Shown here piece by piece: positions 23,652-37,943 of a DNA stretch of 64,000 nucleotides. Origin of the DNA: Ginglymostoma cirratum (Eukaryota); the NCBI GenBank assembly GCA_024137785.1, contig JAHRHZ010000056.1, positions 13,566,404 through 13,630,403 on the forward strand. The letters run 5' to 3'. The stretch's first letter is position 1. The number at the start of each line of letters is the position of its first letter. Position numbers and translations under genes: made by a program. The notes under the pieces were generated by a model that had not been told where the DNA came from, searched no databases, and was given only the letters and a program-made list of their open reading frames with translations.

Positions 23652-24003
23652 ATGTCCTCGCAAGTGACGCCGCGGGTGCGGCCCAGCGGTTCCCCGACCT
23701 CCAGCCGCCCTCAGCCGCTTCGAGCCACCGTCCCCTTTCAGCTGCGAGCGGCCGCTGGCAGCACTCCCCCCGGCGGCGCCCGGCTGGCCCCCGGCTCCTC
23801 CCCCTCCTCCTCATCCACCTCGGTTCCATCCCCGGCTCCGTCCGTCTCTCCGCCGGGAAGCCGCAGCGCCTTCCACAGCGTCACCACCTCGACCAGCAGC
23901 GGCCCAGGGCCGGGGGAGCAAGAGGCGGCCTGGAGGGCGGCCCCGTCCGGGGAGAGGAAAGGCAGTCACTCGGCCTCCTGCTGCACATCTCCCGTCAGCA
24001 AAG
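23652..24003 (+). CDS. FAM117A: FAM117-family (FAM117A/FAM117B/GLCCI1) coding exon 1
   Basis: ATG at 23652 (gcgATG, G at -3) inside a CpG island. Translates MSSQVTPRVRPSGSPTSSRPQPLRATVPFQLRAAAG...CCTSPVSK; QP(L/M/I)RAT(V/I)P(F/Y)QL is the N-terminal signature of the family. Donor AAG|GTACCT at 24003/24004, phase 1. Family call is strong; the paralog symbol is tentative (~0.55). Confidence 0.9.
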
Positions 24004-25768
24004 GTACCTGCACCTGCTGCCTGGCCCCAGCAACATAAACACCTTCAATAGGGAGCAGCGGGGCATTAACCTCAGCCAAGCATTGCGCACGGGGACAATA
24101 AGTTTTATTCGGGGTGTTTTATCTTTAATTTGTTCTGGAGAGCCGCAGCCTTAATGAAACAGTTCAACTCATGGTGTCCCAAATTCTCCCCCCCCCCCCC
24201 CCATCCTTTTCTCCATGTCTACGTTAGCAGCATCTATTTTAACAATCTCAGCTTGCATGTTCTTTGCTTGCCTACTTGTTTTTCTTTTCGTGTTCTCTAC
24301 CCCCACATGAGTGCCTCCCCTTAATGACAGAGCCTGGAATTGCAATGTTAGCTGCAACTTGTGTGGAGTAAATTGCATGTTTTTTTTTGTTGTTTGCTAC
24401 AGTCTGAGCAGGAATTAACAATGATAAGCTTGATCAGGCTGGCATCAGCTTCCATCAGCAGCGTACTACCGTTTGAATTGAACTATGGTTACTAACTGCA
24501 GAGATTCACTAATAAGCAGTGAGTAAGAGGAAATGAAATTAATTTTTGGGTTAAAATGTAGTTGGCTAGTGATGTTTTAGATTTCATACAAATGTACAAT
24601 GTATCAAAATTGGCACTTAACTGCTACCTTTTGAAAGGGTATTGTTTATGTAGCAATAATTTCTGGGTGCATAAAGTGGTCATTTTTGAAGACTTCTGGG
24701 GGTCCTCCCAATCATTTTGCCAAATATGTGGTTGTTGCTAATAGTATTGTTCAGCTCAAGATAAGTTGTCTCTGCAATTTTTGAATGTGACCTTTTGCTC
24801 ATTACAGCTGAGCAATAGTTTGTCTTCTGTCTTATTATTAAATCTGGTTGTGAAATAATTTGGTGTCTTAGTAACAACTGTGTAGGGGGTTGCAGTTTCC
24901 TTTTTTTTTTTGAAGCAGCATTATCTATCCTATTAAATTGGGCTAAATTTTAAAGAAATAGGAACCTAGCACTGAAATGTAACTTGCTTTTACCATTCAA
25001 ATTAAAAACACTAGTGTACTTTGTTTTGATTGCAAGAGTGAAATAAACAAGTAGGAGTGCTCTGGTGAAGAAGGAGCTTAATTTAGACATGAAGTTTAAT
25101 AGAAATAATACAACTGTAACTAGATGCCAAAATAATAGCTACATTCATGGCATATTACTTGTGTACAGTAACTGCATAGAATGTGTTTGGAATTGGTGTA
25201 GCTGTCAAAATGAATATGGAAGTGTCCAAGTAATATGCTTCCAGCTGTGAGAATCTATAGGCTTTTGACATGTGATGTAGCATTTCTGTAAAGAAACCAG
25301 TGAGCTAAGTTGAAGACGATCCCCTGGGTAATCATTTCGAAAAAGTGAAAGATGAGAAAATGAAACATTTGTGTTAATTCAGATATCGAACGAGAGGTTT
25401 AGAAGGCGGTTGAACAAGTTAATATTGAAATTAGATGCATGGACAGTCTTATTGCAACAAAGCTGCAGAATAACTCCTTTTAATCAGCCCGTTATTCAGA
25501 TGTTCCCACTTCACAGGCTTGTGATCTCTAATTTCAGTGCCAGTATTTCTGCAAAGATCACTCTCTTCCTAATATGCTGCACGTTTGTTTATTGGCAGTT
25601 GATTGCTGCATTAGGTTGACAGCTCTTGCTTGCATTGCTGAAAAAGAGGAAACCAATTTTTACTTGTGCAAATTGTTTCACATCCAAAATGAGATCTGTG
25701 AAAGTCTGGCCAAAACAGGCTATTGACCGTTCAGTTACTGCTTGTCGGATAGGATGCAATATGCAAAA

Positions 25769-26885
25769 TGTCATAGGGTCTGTTTCCATGCCATATGACT
25801 CTTTGGCCCAACTAGTCCATGCCAACCATGTTCCCAAACTAAACCAGTCCCACCTGCCTCCATTTGACCCATATCCCTCTAAACCTTTCCAATCCACGTA
25901 CTTATCCAAATGTCTACTAAATGTAGCAATTGTGCATGCACCTACCACTTCCTTTGGTAGTTCATTCCACACACTAACCATTCTGTGTAAAATGTAGCTT
26001 CTCTCATCCTTTTCAACTTTCTCTGCTCACCTTTTAAAAATATGCCCCCTAGTTTTGAACTCACCCCACCTTGGGGAAGAGACCTTTGCTATTCACATTA
26101 TCATGCCCCTCATGGTTTAATAAACCTCCATAAGGTCACCCCTTAATCTCGCACTTGAGGGAAGATAGTCCCAGCCTAACTCGAACCCTTCAGTTCTGGC
26201 AACATCCTAGTAAATTTTTTGAATCCTTTCCAGTTTAATGATATCCTCCTTATAACAGGGCAACCGGAGCTAGACACTCTTCCAGAAGAAGCCTCATCAG
26301 TGTCTTGCACAACCTCAGCATGATGTCCCAACTCCTATATTGAAAGGTCTGAGCAATGAAGGCAAGTGTGCTGAATGCTTCCATAACTACCCTGTCTACC
26401 TGTGCAAATTTCAAAGAATTCTTCTGTACCTGATCCCCTAGGTTTCTCTGCTGTACAATATTACCCAGGGTCCTGCCCCTGTTTGTTTTACCAAAATGCA
26501 GTACCTCTCATTTATCCAAATTAAACTCCCTCTGCTGTCCTCAGCCCATTGACCCAATTGATCAAGATCTCCGTAACCCTAGATAACCTTCACTGTCCAC
26601 TATATCACCAATTTTGATGCCATCTGCCAACTTAGTAACTCTGCCTTCTGTAATCTCTCCCAATCATTTATATGAATGCCAAACAAAAGTGTACCCAGCA
26701 CTGATCCCTGTGGAACACTGGTCAAAGGCCTCCAGTTCAAAAAACAACCCTCCTTCACCACCCTTGGCTTTACAGTAGGAGACAATTTTGTGTCCGATTA
26801 GCAAGCTTATCCTGAATCTCATGTGAGTGAACTTTACTAATTAGTCTACCATGTGGAACCTTATCAAAGTACTAAAGTCTAAGTA
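25769..26885 (-). mobile_element. CR1 LINE 3' fragment in intron 1
   Basis: Minus-strand VPQGSVLG (ORF 26600-26785), the CR1 3' block VWNELP..VV (ORF 25589-25981) and tail. Confidence 0.9.
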
Positions 26886-28320
26886 AATAAATGTAAACTA
26901 ATTGAACTTTCTTTGGAGTGAAGATAGGCTCGTATCAATAGGCTGCATGTGGGGTTGTTTCAGTTGTAAATGGCATGCAGACATTTCTATTTATCTGCGC
27001 AGTTCCATGTTAACATGATGCCACCCTTTCTCATGATCAGTCACCATCTACAGTAGTTTGCTTAACCATACTAAATATTTACTGGTTGTAACACTTTGTT
27101 CCCACGCATATTTGCTGCAGCTGTTAAAAGCTGAAGTGCTGGATTTTGTTCTTGTGGTAATGAAATAGTTTTGTGTTTTGTGTGTTGTATTTACTGGAAT
27201 AAATAAGGACTTTATTTAACACAATTTGAGTTGTGTGACCCAGCTGCACATTATTGATGGCTTTTTCTGAGTAATGAGGGACAAGTTTGGAACCATTCCT
27301 GTATAAGTGTGTCTTGGGATATTTGTTCTTAGCAGTTTTGTATTTCTGTACTGCTGTAAAACAGCCTGAGATGGTTCACAGGAGCATGGCAAAACAAAAT
27401 TTGAAGCCACAGCATGAGGATAATGCTTTAAAGAACATCATAAAGGAGGAGGGATCTTAGGGTGCTATCATAGAGCTTAAATGTCTGAAGATGAACCTTG
27501 TAGTAGTGGGCTGATGAAACTTGGGAATGTGCAGGCAGCGAGAATTGGAAGAGCAGAGAGGGTTACATTGCTGAAGCATATGAAGAAATCTTTAATGGGT
27601 TTTGGTACTTTAGAAAGTACGGATGAATGAACTTTCATGATAAAAATTTAATGACAGAAGATATGCAAATCGGCAAATTTCTGACATAACTACGGTTACT
27701 ATATTTTAAAGTCCCTCTTGTCTTTGGGTCATTCCTGTAGTCAGGAAAAGCTCTTTTGAAGTCAGTCATTGAATGGATATAGCATAGGACACCATTCAGC
27801 TCACTGCCGGTACTGGCTCAGAGTAGTTCACTGTGTCACTGTTATATGCTGCTTTTCTGCCCTGCAGTTTTTTTCTTTTTCAGATGATCGCATTCTCTTT
27901 TGAAAGCCATTATTTAATCTGCGTTCACACTCTTGCTGTGTTTTGGATGTACTTAGTTGCTGCATCAATCTGTTTTACTTATGAGGCCATTGCTTTTTTT
28001 TGTCTTACTGTGCATCTTTAATTGGTGTCCTCTTGTTCTCTAATCTTGCGCAAGTAGAAATGGTTTTGCCCTGTCTACTCTGTCCACACCGCTCATGCTT
28101 TTGAATGCTTCTGTCAAACGTCGTCATGGTCTTGTGCAAGGAGAACAACCTTTTGCTTTTTCAATCTGTGGCTATAGCACCTCTTTGCAACAAGCTTCCT
28201 ATTTTGTGGGACCGCTCTGTTGTTGCATTCTTCCTAATTTGAGATGGCCAGAACTATATGCTGTACTCTAGATGGGCGTGTGCAGGTCTTCCTATTAATT
28301 TGCTAACAGGCACAGAGAAG

Positions 28321-28510
28321 GGGGTTAGTTTGGCTCAGTTGGCTAGCCAGCTGGTTTGTGATTGAATGAGGCCAACAGTATGGGTTCAATTCCTGCACCT
28401 GCTGAGATTACTATCAAGGATTCACGTTCTCCACCTCAGTGTGTTTGCACCCTTAAGTGCTAGTCTGCATTGAGACCTGTTCTATGGTCTGGTAAGACGA
28501 AAGTGACTTT
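28321..28510 (+). mobile_element. tRNA-derived SINE (not HE1 type)
   Basis: A box TGGCTCAGTTGG (~28330) and B box GGTTCAATTCC (~28383) followed by a non-tRNA body. Confidence 0.6.
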
Positions 28511-31500
28511 ATTGTTTAAAATGTTGTTCACCTGTTTTAAGCCTTTAATTTTAATTTCAAATGAAGGGATCCTGCAGCTTTTCCAAACTTTGCAAAAACC
28601 CAATCATAAAGTTGAAAGTACTTGATACTGGTGGTTTTTATACTTACTATGGAGACTCTGTGTTGAAATGAGCACACAGTGGAATCTGATTTAATACATT
28701 CAGCTATAGCACTGTCTTCTCGGACTGTTTTCGTAATTCTTTCAATACCCAACTCTTTGCTCCTCCCTGTGCCAATCCTAATTTCCCCCTCCCCCTCAGA
28801 TTTAATGACCAACTGTTACATTGCAGTTGTGGCAAAGGAGTCCCAATGTTGACTGCCTCTCTGCTTCAACCACAAAGGGCATTTGGGTAAGAGGTGCTGA
28901 CTTTCTAGCATTTAGGTACAGCTTCAACCTCGTGAAGCTGGTGTTTTGCTTTTGAAAGATGGCTGTTATCACTGTTTTCTGTGCTACTACAAGCAAAGTA
29001 CAGGGCAGCAATAAAAGTGTGGCCTGTCTCCCATGTGTCTGGAATAGTTATCCTTGCCACTCTTAAGAATTGAGTGAAGATTTATTTGTCACTAGGTGGC
29101 TGAGTATGTGCTTATGGTGTGATCAATATACTGAGCAGTATCATACTCTACCTCTGTTTCCCAGGACTACATTGGGAGCAATTACTGTCTTTTTTTAAAT
29201 AGACACCAGACCATCTGGAGAAGGTAATCTTGTATCATTTATATTTCAGACTAGTTACAGAATAGCCAACTTGTACAACTGAATCATGGGGCTTTCCAGG
29301 CTTGCTGTAAGGCAGTGTAATTTTCTTAATGTTCCACTTTTTAAGATGGAAATAACTGGCTTGTCAGCTTGTTCTACATATTAAGTGTTTCACCAGTTGG
29401 AAGCTGAGCAGAGTTCATTTGTGCCACAACGAAATTACTGCTTTAGGTTTATAAAACTTTCATACAGACTTTTGTTAATATAAAATGACTTTTTCAGTGT
29501 GTCTTCTATATATGAGAAGCAGTAAAACATAAAAAATTACAAGGATGTATAAATTTGTTGGTTAAAAACCATGTTGAGGTGCAATCTGAATACATAGCAG
29601 ATTGCAGATTGAAAAATTGAAATGGCTATTTGGGCAGTTGTAGTAACTGATTATTTCTGTACTGTTTGGAGAATTTTAAAAACAAGTGTAAACTGGTAAT
29701 TTCTCATGAACCTTCAAGACGAGACTAAACCCTACTGCACACAAAGGGCAGGAGGAAAGTAAATTTTGGAAACTGAATATATCTCTATATTTTTGAATAT
29801 GTTGCTGTCATGAATAAGTAATTTTCAACACCAAGGATGCAGATATTTTGTTAGTATAAAATTCTTAACTCCCTGCTCTCCCCATCTCCTAAGCCTATCA
29901 TGATGCTTTATTCAGAAATGCATGACAGACTTACCTGACAGTATATCAGGCTGTAATTCCCAAACATGGGGTATTTGAACGGTGAACTATCACTTCACTT
30001 GCAAGTCAGTGATTTAAAAATCATGCTATGACAAGGAGTTAATGATGCCTTTAAGTTATGATTTGGCTATTAGATTGTCCCAGTGAAAATGTATTAGAAT
30101 CCATTGGTAGCACTCATACCTATCGAACTGCCACCTTGAAAGTTTAGGAGCCCAAGCACGATATTCCTGATACTTGGGCCCTTTTCAATTTTCAATTTAT
30201 AGCATTTGGGCTGTTTAAATGTTAATTCACTCAGTGGTTTTACAGCTCAAGTTTGCTCTCCCTCATCTATTTCTGCCTCTGCTTAATTTTTTTTTTCTTA
30301 AAATTTGAAGATTTCATGCAATAGGTTTAGTCTAGAATTCAAAGTGCAGTAGAATGATGAGTGGCGCCTAATCAACTTCTTAACTCAACATCAAATAAGT
30401 TTTTGGGCTTTGAGCTATAATCCAGCACTGAACAATCTTAAGTCTGCATATTACAAATAAACTCTAGTGAATGAGTGTTGACAGTTTTGGTATTTCTAGT
30501 GTTTGGAAGTTTAAGTTTTTTTTAATCTTAGTGTTTTTGGGGAAAGATCATTTTGTATAGAGGTTGATCTTTTGATATCTGTAGTGACTACATTGGAGTA
30601 AAGTAGAGGAAATTGGATCTTTAATCTAACCTGTGTTTGATAGCATCCCCCATGGAAACATCTGGAAGCGAAGTGATTTGAGCCTTTTGTTTCTAGTAGG
30701 TTGTCCACGAGAAGCTTGCAGTGATGTGACCCAGATCTGAAAACGCAAAGCCCAGGCAACTTGTTGACTTTAAATCTGTTACTCACTAGAAGATTCTAAG
30801 AAGTGGTACGTTTAAACCACCCAGAAAGTACTATTGAACAACAGGTCCAGCAATGAGACTGTTGACCTTAACCTTTCTACACATGACCCATTAGGTTGCA
30901 CAGGATGCAGTGAGGTGACAGTCAGAAGCCTTTTGGTGAGCAGTTGATGGATACAGTGTCAGTATTTTTTCTGCTTGCTACGTTTCATGATTGAAGCTTG
31001 GGTTAGTTATGCCATCTGTCTTACTGTGTGACACTTATTGCTGGCATAAACCCTCACATCATTCTAACATTGACTTATACCTGTGTAATAACAAGCCTTT
31101 CATGCAAGTGGTAATTCCTGAATCACCTTCGAAATTTGGTAACATCTGAGTTGCATCTTTTCTCCAAGTAATCAGACTAAGCACAAATAACAGTGCTCGG
31201 CTTCTCTAATTAGCTAATTGCCTTTCGTTTATGGGAACAGAAGCTGATCGTGCAGGAAGTTTAATGCTAATAAAAACAAAATCCATATTGCAAAGAAACT
31301 CAATGTTTAGTGAAGACTTTTAATGCTTAATATTAAACTCTGTTAATACGTTTCATGTGACATCTTGTTTCAGGTTTGTAAAGTATAACAGTAATCCCAT
31401 TTAAATGCAGGAATTTGAGATTGGAGAATAGTTGTAATTACAATTGCTTGGCCGCTTTCATAGCATGTTATATAAATGTAACCAAAATGAGGTTGATCAC

Positions 31501-32469
31501 AGTACAAACATCAAGACTTTCTTACTATGATGGCTGTAACCTATACATATTGAGGTATTTTGTCTTTGAATTTGAAACCAAAAAAGTGCAAAAGCAACAA
31601 TCCTGTAGAAGTTTCAAATTGACTTCTGTGCTGTGTTTTAAGTTAGTATCTAATTATGGTGTGGTTGGGTGTGTATCAGCTGAAAGGGAAGAAATGACTT
31701 GATTACATATCTGGAGCTGGCCTGATGGTTATGATACTGGATTAACAACCCAAAGGTCATCTGTTAACTGCATTCAATAGATTTGAGAAGTTTGTTTCCT
31801 TTCAAGGAGATATTGCCATTTAATCTGGCATTTGCTAATGCTTTGTACGTCCCCTAGAGTGACCTAATAACTAACTTGGTTATAAATGTGTTTGTATGCA
31901 GAAACATGCATAGTAGCATTTGCTGTCTCCTGAGAGAAGCCAGAACATGTTTGATTGGCATCTTTAGAACACAGTATTTAACAAGCCTCTCTTTTTTTTC
32001 TACAAAAGTGGTTCTACTGACTCAGCACAATTTAATAGTTTGTGGGATCTGGACTTCACTAACAATGCCAGCAGCATTCAATATTAACTAATTGGTCTTG
32101 TGAAGATGACGACCTGCCAACTTGAATTGCTGCAGCTGTTCTGGTGCTTAGTGCTGTTGGACAGGGAGTCCTACCTAGAATTTTGATGCAATGACTGTGA
32201 AGGAGCAATTAATTATTTCCAAGCCAGGTAACGTAGCCATCTACATGATTGCATTTCCTGTATTTGGTAGCCATTTTTTTTTTAGGCCAGGGCTTCAAGT
32301 GGGATCATGAACTTTGATAACAACAGTTGCTGGCTCTCCTAGGGGTTCATAGGTGGTGAAAAAGATTAGAGAGTACTATTCCAAGTGACAGAGGTCACTG
32401 GCCTGGAAAGTGCTGTTGAACACTTGCTTAGTTGCTGCAGTTATATTCAGTACTGCATAATTTTTTATT

Positions 32470-33195
32470 TAATTCACTCATGGGAGTGTGGGTATTGCTG
32501 GCTGGTCAACATTTATTGTACTCTCTCGTTTCCCTTTTTGAAAGTGGTGGCGAACTGCATTCTTGAACTGTTGCAATCCACATGCTATGGGTACACCCTC
32601 AATGCCCTTAGGGAGGGAGTTCTGGGGTTTTGACCCAGTGACACTGAGGGAATGGTGATTATATTTCCATGTCAGGATGGTGAGCACCTTGGAGGGGAAC
32701 TTGCAGGCAGCGGTGTTTACGTATATTTGCTGTCCTTGTCCTTCTAGGTTTAAAAGGTACTGTCTGCACTTTGGTGAATTTCTGCAGTGTATCTTATATG
32801 CAGTGCGTACTGCTACTGAGTTTGTGGTGGATGGAGAGATGCTTGTGGATGTGGTACCAATCAGGCAGGGGGGGCTTTGTTCTGGACAGTGCCAACCTTT
32901 TTGTGGTGTTGTACCATCTCAGTAAATAGGGAGTATTCTGTTACACGCCTGACTTGTACCTTGTCCGCCCACCATTTACTTTGGGAAATCGGGATGTGAT
33001 TTACTTGCTGCAGTATTCCCAGCCTTGTAACCACTATTTGTGGTGAATTGACTTTCTGGTCTGAGGCAAACCCACCCTTCCTGCATGCATGCACACTTTG
33101 TGGTGTTACCATCACTGTATCCCCCAGTGTCAGGGCTCTGGTTAGATGATCACTGCCTGGCATTTGAGTGGTAAAGATGTTACCTGCTGCTTTCC
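32470..33195 (-). mobile_element. Decayed LINE 3' fragment of a second family (clade not resolved)
   Basis: Related fragments elsewhere in the window at 41340-41470 (+), 42860-43050 (-), 40060-40135 (+) and 56530-56660 (+); shared blocks gactgcag..ttcaagaa.gcag and gggcaa.tagg.atg.gcaataaatg. Confidence 0.6.
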
Positions 33196-35399
33196 AAGGG
33201 GGAAAACTCTATTTCCACTAGTCAATGTGAGGCTTAAGTTCTAATAAGCTGATAGTATGGGTTCATTGGAAGTTGGTTTGCATATCTTGTATACCTAGTT
33301 TACTTAGCATTCTGACTGACAAGCTGATGGTGCCAGGTAATTGCTGTCGCATCATCTATTTTTGAAAAGGTAAAATAGATGGCACGTTTCTCTGAAGTTG
33401 GAGAAGTGGGGTAAAATGTCATGCCAGCTGGAACCTTCAGGAAGAACGTGACTGTCAGCTTCCTCTCCCCCTCCCCACCCTCCTCCCAGTTCAGATTTAT
33501 TAAAATAAAGTAGGTTAATGCAATCACAGCCAGATTAGACTATTTTAAATTTCTATTTTTTTTAAACTGAGTCTGAACTGAAGGTTAAAATTGTCCAAAA
33601 CCATTAAGTTATTGGAGAGGAAGCTCTTAATATTTCACTTTCCTAAAGTTTACTATGGAGATGTTACTACTGCTGAAGATCCTTTGGCAGTAAAGAGAAG
33701 TAGATAGATGCTCTTGTGGTATCGCGTGAGATTTCATTATGCTTGTGGTAATTTTGCTTTGTGGAACTGGTTTCAACAATAGGATGTTTGGAACTGTTGT
33801 ACATATTTGCCTTTACCATATTGTTTAATTTCAGAATGTTTAGCACAATGTAGTCATTAATCATACCATAAAGATGCAAATACAAGCCAAATCCAGACTG
33901 CTTCTCTCCTTTTTGTTTGACCAACATGAGTCTTTTTTTTTTTTTTTGTCAAGTTAACTGAAAGTTGTGACCTGACTCTCTCTTTGACTTTTCCTCTATC
34001 CTCCTTGATGCTACCATGTTTTGCTGATTTTACTTGGAGTGCACAACTTAGGATTGCAAGTTTCCTTTCTCTTTCTGTACCCCCCTGCACTTGTCTGCAA
34101 TCCTCTGACAAAATTGCTTCAGGACTTGGATGTCAACTTTGCTTACAAAAGTAGTGATATCCACTGTCTTCAGTTATATGGCTTGGCCTTTTGCACATCA
34201 CTTGCCCTGCATTCTAGTGTGGCCCTGTGTGTTGTACTTGGAAGGGTTCTGAAGAAATGTTTTGACACAGCTTTTAAACATACCTAAAATTGTGAGAGGT
34301 TTGCCTTGGAGATTCCAACTTTATTTTTTCCTGATGTTAACCTTGGTTCTTTTTGCAATACGAAGAGTTGATATGTGAATACCATAGCTGATTAATTTCC
34401 TATCTTGGCAAAATGCATTGAACACTTCAGAAGGGAAAGGATTATGTCAATAAAATTGACATATCAGTTGCAATTGTTTTGCAAGCCTGGGCAAGAAAGT
34501 TTCCTTTGCATAATAAGTTAATTTTTAAATTTGAAATTACTCTTCCTGTGTGGCAAAACTGCACTCTGAGCCCCAAGGCGAGACTGTGTATTCCTGAAGG
34601 AACTCAAGTGATGTGTTGTTGGTGAGCTCTGCAGTAATAGAGTTGTAAACCAATAAGTCTTAATTAAAATTCCATAGAGAGTTGAAAGGTGTTCCTAGAT
34701 GTTCTGTTGCAAGTCTCCACTGTTGCATTGGATTGACACAGTTTGAGAATCTAAGTTCTTGTGGGGGAGAGTTGATCAGATCAAAACTTGTTGGTATGCT
34801 GGAGTGTTGATGGATCTATACTCCCCTACTAAACTTTTATTTTGGGCAGTTTCTTAACCAGTTCATAGAACTAGCATTTTTCAAATGTGGAGTGTACAAG
34901 GCAGAGTTCAACTAAACAGGTGTAGCTTTGTGTATTCCAGTTTGGAGTTTGCTGATTTAATGAGCCCTGTTGTGGGAATGGATGTGTAAGTTTAAAAGAT
35001 AGTCGGTGGGAAGTAGATATTTTGGTCAAAGTAAATATTTGTCCCTTTTGAACAGAGGCGTGTTGAAGATGTGAGCAATATTTGATTGAGTTTTAATATC
35101 CATTTGCAACTCTAGTCATATTGCAAAAGCTCTTATAACCAAGTTGACGACAAATTGTTGTCAAATTTATCTGATGCAGTGCATCCTGTTAAACTGAACT
35201 TCTAAGGTGCATGCATGCAAAATTCAAACACTTTTACGTGCACCATTTATAGCAAAAGTAGATGAGTATGCATGTTCCACACTCGATAGCTTGTCTTTCC
35301 TCTTTTCTTGTCCAGTCCTCTGTTTGCTGCTGCAAAATTAAAATACTTAAACTTTAAAAGACGTAAGCTCCTGTTACTGTGCTTTGTAATAGGGGATTT

Positions 35400-36835
35400 T
35401 TAGTTTGCGTGTGCATGGATTAAATCATCCCTTGACCTTCTCTGTTCTGAAGAAAATAACCCTAGCCTTTCCAGTCTTTCTTCGTAGCTGTCGTTTTTCA
35501 TGTCCTGGCAGATTTTTGTAGGTCTCTTCTGTATACTTTTGTCCAGAGCAGTAAGGCTCTTCCTATAATGTGATAACCAGACCTGTGTACACCATTCCTG
35601 CTGTGGCTTAACAGTATTTTCCACTGCTTCAGCTCTAATCCCTGCTTTTGTCTTGCATACCTTGTCCGACAAAAGTGGGGGGAAAAGAATCCATATGCTT
35701 CCTTGAACACTTCTTATATTTAAAGAGCTGTGGCTATGTACTCGAGTCTGTCGCCATCTTGACTCCTCTCAATATCCTAATTTATTGTATATTCCACCTT
35801 TGTTTGTCTTCCCCATATGCATTGCCCCTCAGTTCTCTGGATTGAATGCCGTTTATTTTGCTACCCAGTCAACCAAGCTGTTATATCATTCTCAACTCAA
35901 CAGCTATTCACTTCATTATTGATTATGTGCCTTTTTTTGTAATCTGTGTAGAGTTCTCAATTATGCCTCCCACATTTAAATTTAAAATCATAATTATCTA
36001 TCCAGCACAAATAACAAGGAACTCCAAGCCCTACGACTGTTTCTGATTCACAAAGCACCCAGCAGCCATCACCATTTGTTTTCTGACAGAGCTAATGTTG
36101 GATCCAATGTGCCACAGTTTCCTGTACCCCTGGGATTTAATTTTTTTGAGGTCTGCCATTTGAAACCTTGTCAAATGTCTCAATCCACATGGATGTCATC
36201 CAGTATACTCCCTTTATAAATAGGAACAGGAGTAGGCCGGTCATCTCCTCAAGCCTGCTCCCCCAATCAATAGGACCATGGTTGATCTAACATTTCTCAA
36301 TCCACTTTCCTGTGTTTTTCCCAGAGCCCTTGCTTCCCCTGCTTCTATCTCCGCCTTCAGTATACTCAAGGGCTCTGACCCCACTGTGCTATGTGGCAGT
36401 GTGCCAAAGACACTCCACTGTTTGGGGGGGGAAAAGTCTCCTCTTGGTCTGAAATTGATGCCCTTAATTCTTAAATTGTGCCTTGTGGCCCTAGACTCTC
36501 CTATGAGAAGAAACGTCCTGTCAGTATTTATATGAAGCCCCTAAAAATTCTTAGTTTCAACCAAATAACCTCTCATTGTTCCAAATTCCAATGAGTCACC
36601 AAACTGTTTAACCTTTGCTCAGATAATTCCTATATACCAAGGATTCTCTGTGAACCTTCTCTGAACTGCCTCCAGTTATATCTTTGCTTAAATAAGGGGG
36701 CCATCACTGCTGTCACCACTCCAGATGTGGTTTCACCAGCACCTTGTACAGTTGCAGTAAAATTTCTCTACTGATATTGCAACATCTGAGTTGAGTCAAC
36801 ATTGCATTAGCCTCCCCGATTACCTGCTGCACCTA
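35400..36835 (-). mobile_element. Two adjacent decayed CR1 fragments (35400-36180 and 36218-36835)
   Basis: Minus-strand SYEERLERLGLFSSEQRRSRDDLI (ORF 35400-35672); the second copy starts with a CR1 tail ataggaacaggagtaggcc. Confidence 0.75.
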
Positions 36836-37712
36836 TGTGCTTTCTCATCAATCTTTCATGTTACTTCCTCAAAATGGAAGTTGTTTCTCACTGACTTACC
36901 TTAACAAAACCAAACTGATTATATTAATTCTACGTTCTAAAGGCATGGATCAACTCATCCCATTTTCTCAATTTATTGTAATTATGTTCACAACACTGAA
37001 GTTAGTGACTGGCCTGTCATCATTATTTAGCCCATCCCTTGCACTTAGTTGTCTTATCGGAGACTGTAGACAGACTGAGCACTTCTGAAACATGTCATTA
37101 ATTTTTGTCTAGTTTTCACGAGAAGCCTACAACAATAAACTTATATGCCATATACTAACAGAATATTTTCAGTTTTGTAGTTTAGTGCAAGTATATTTTA
37201 GGAAAGCTTCAAGATTGCACGTTTGCCTACAAATCTGTTATATTTGGTATAATTGTTTAATTTCATGTTTTAGCTTTGCTTGCTTTTATTGAGAGGATTT
37301 TTTTTCTGTGAATCTTTCTTAATGGGCATAGTTTGGATTGAATTTCAATTGATGTGACCAGGTCCTGCTGTTAAGTCTGCCTGTAATCAGATCTGGCAAA
37401 ATAATTTCTCTATGCAAGTGTTACATTTTCATCCTTGCATCAGTGTTAGGACTAAATTTTGTCGTCAATGCCTCTTGATTTAGTAACTTGCCAGCAAAGA
37501 AATGGCCATGCTTTGTCCAGTTTAGCTTCAAACGTGAGCCTTGCAAGATTTCTATATTGGCTACATCACACAATGGGCTTCTTCCAAAGTTTTTAAGCTG
37601 TCTAGATGCAAAGCATTGACAGCCATAGGGTAATGAAAAATTTGTGTAAGAAGAAGCTTCAGTTGAAGTAAATGTGCAGGAAGTTGGGGAGCAAGTAATA
37701 CTAACTTTATAA

Positions 37713-37943
<231 letters not shown>

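Larger units (their letters stand above)
23030..24110. promoter_or_regulatory. CpG island covering the promoter, 5'UTR and exon 1 of the FAM117-family gene
   Basis: Abrupt GC- and CpG-rich block in an otherwise CpG-depleted window, overlapping the first coding exon. Confidence 0.9.

Noticed and set aside
23493-24038. 181-aa single-exon gene starting at GTG
   Set aside because: Family homology starts at ATG 23652 and continues through the donor at 24003 into exon 2; the last residues to 24038 are intron read-through.
24188-24202. C15 run near the start of intron 1 (G-quadruplex potential on the minus strand)
   Set aside because: A simple homopolymer; a similar run occurs inside a CR1 near 48440, and nothing else supports function.
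28321-28400. tRNA gene
   Set aside because: A and B boxes are present, but I see no cloverleaf or Pol III terminator and the sequence runs into a SINE body.
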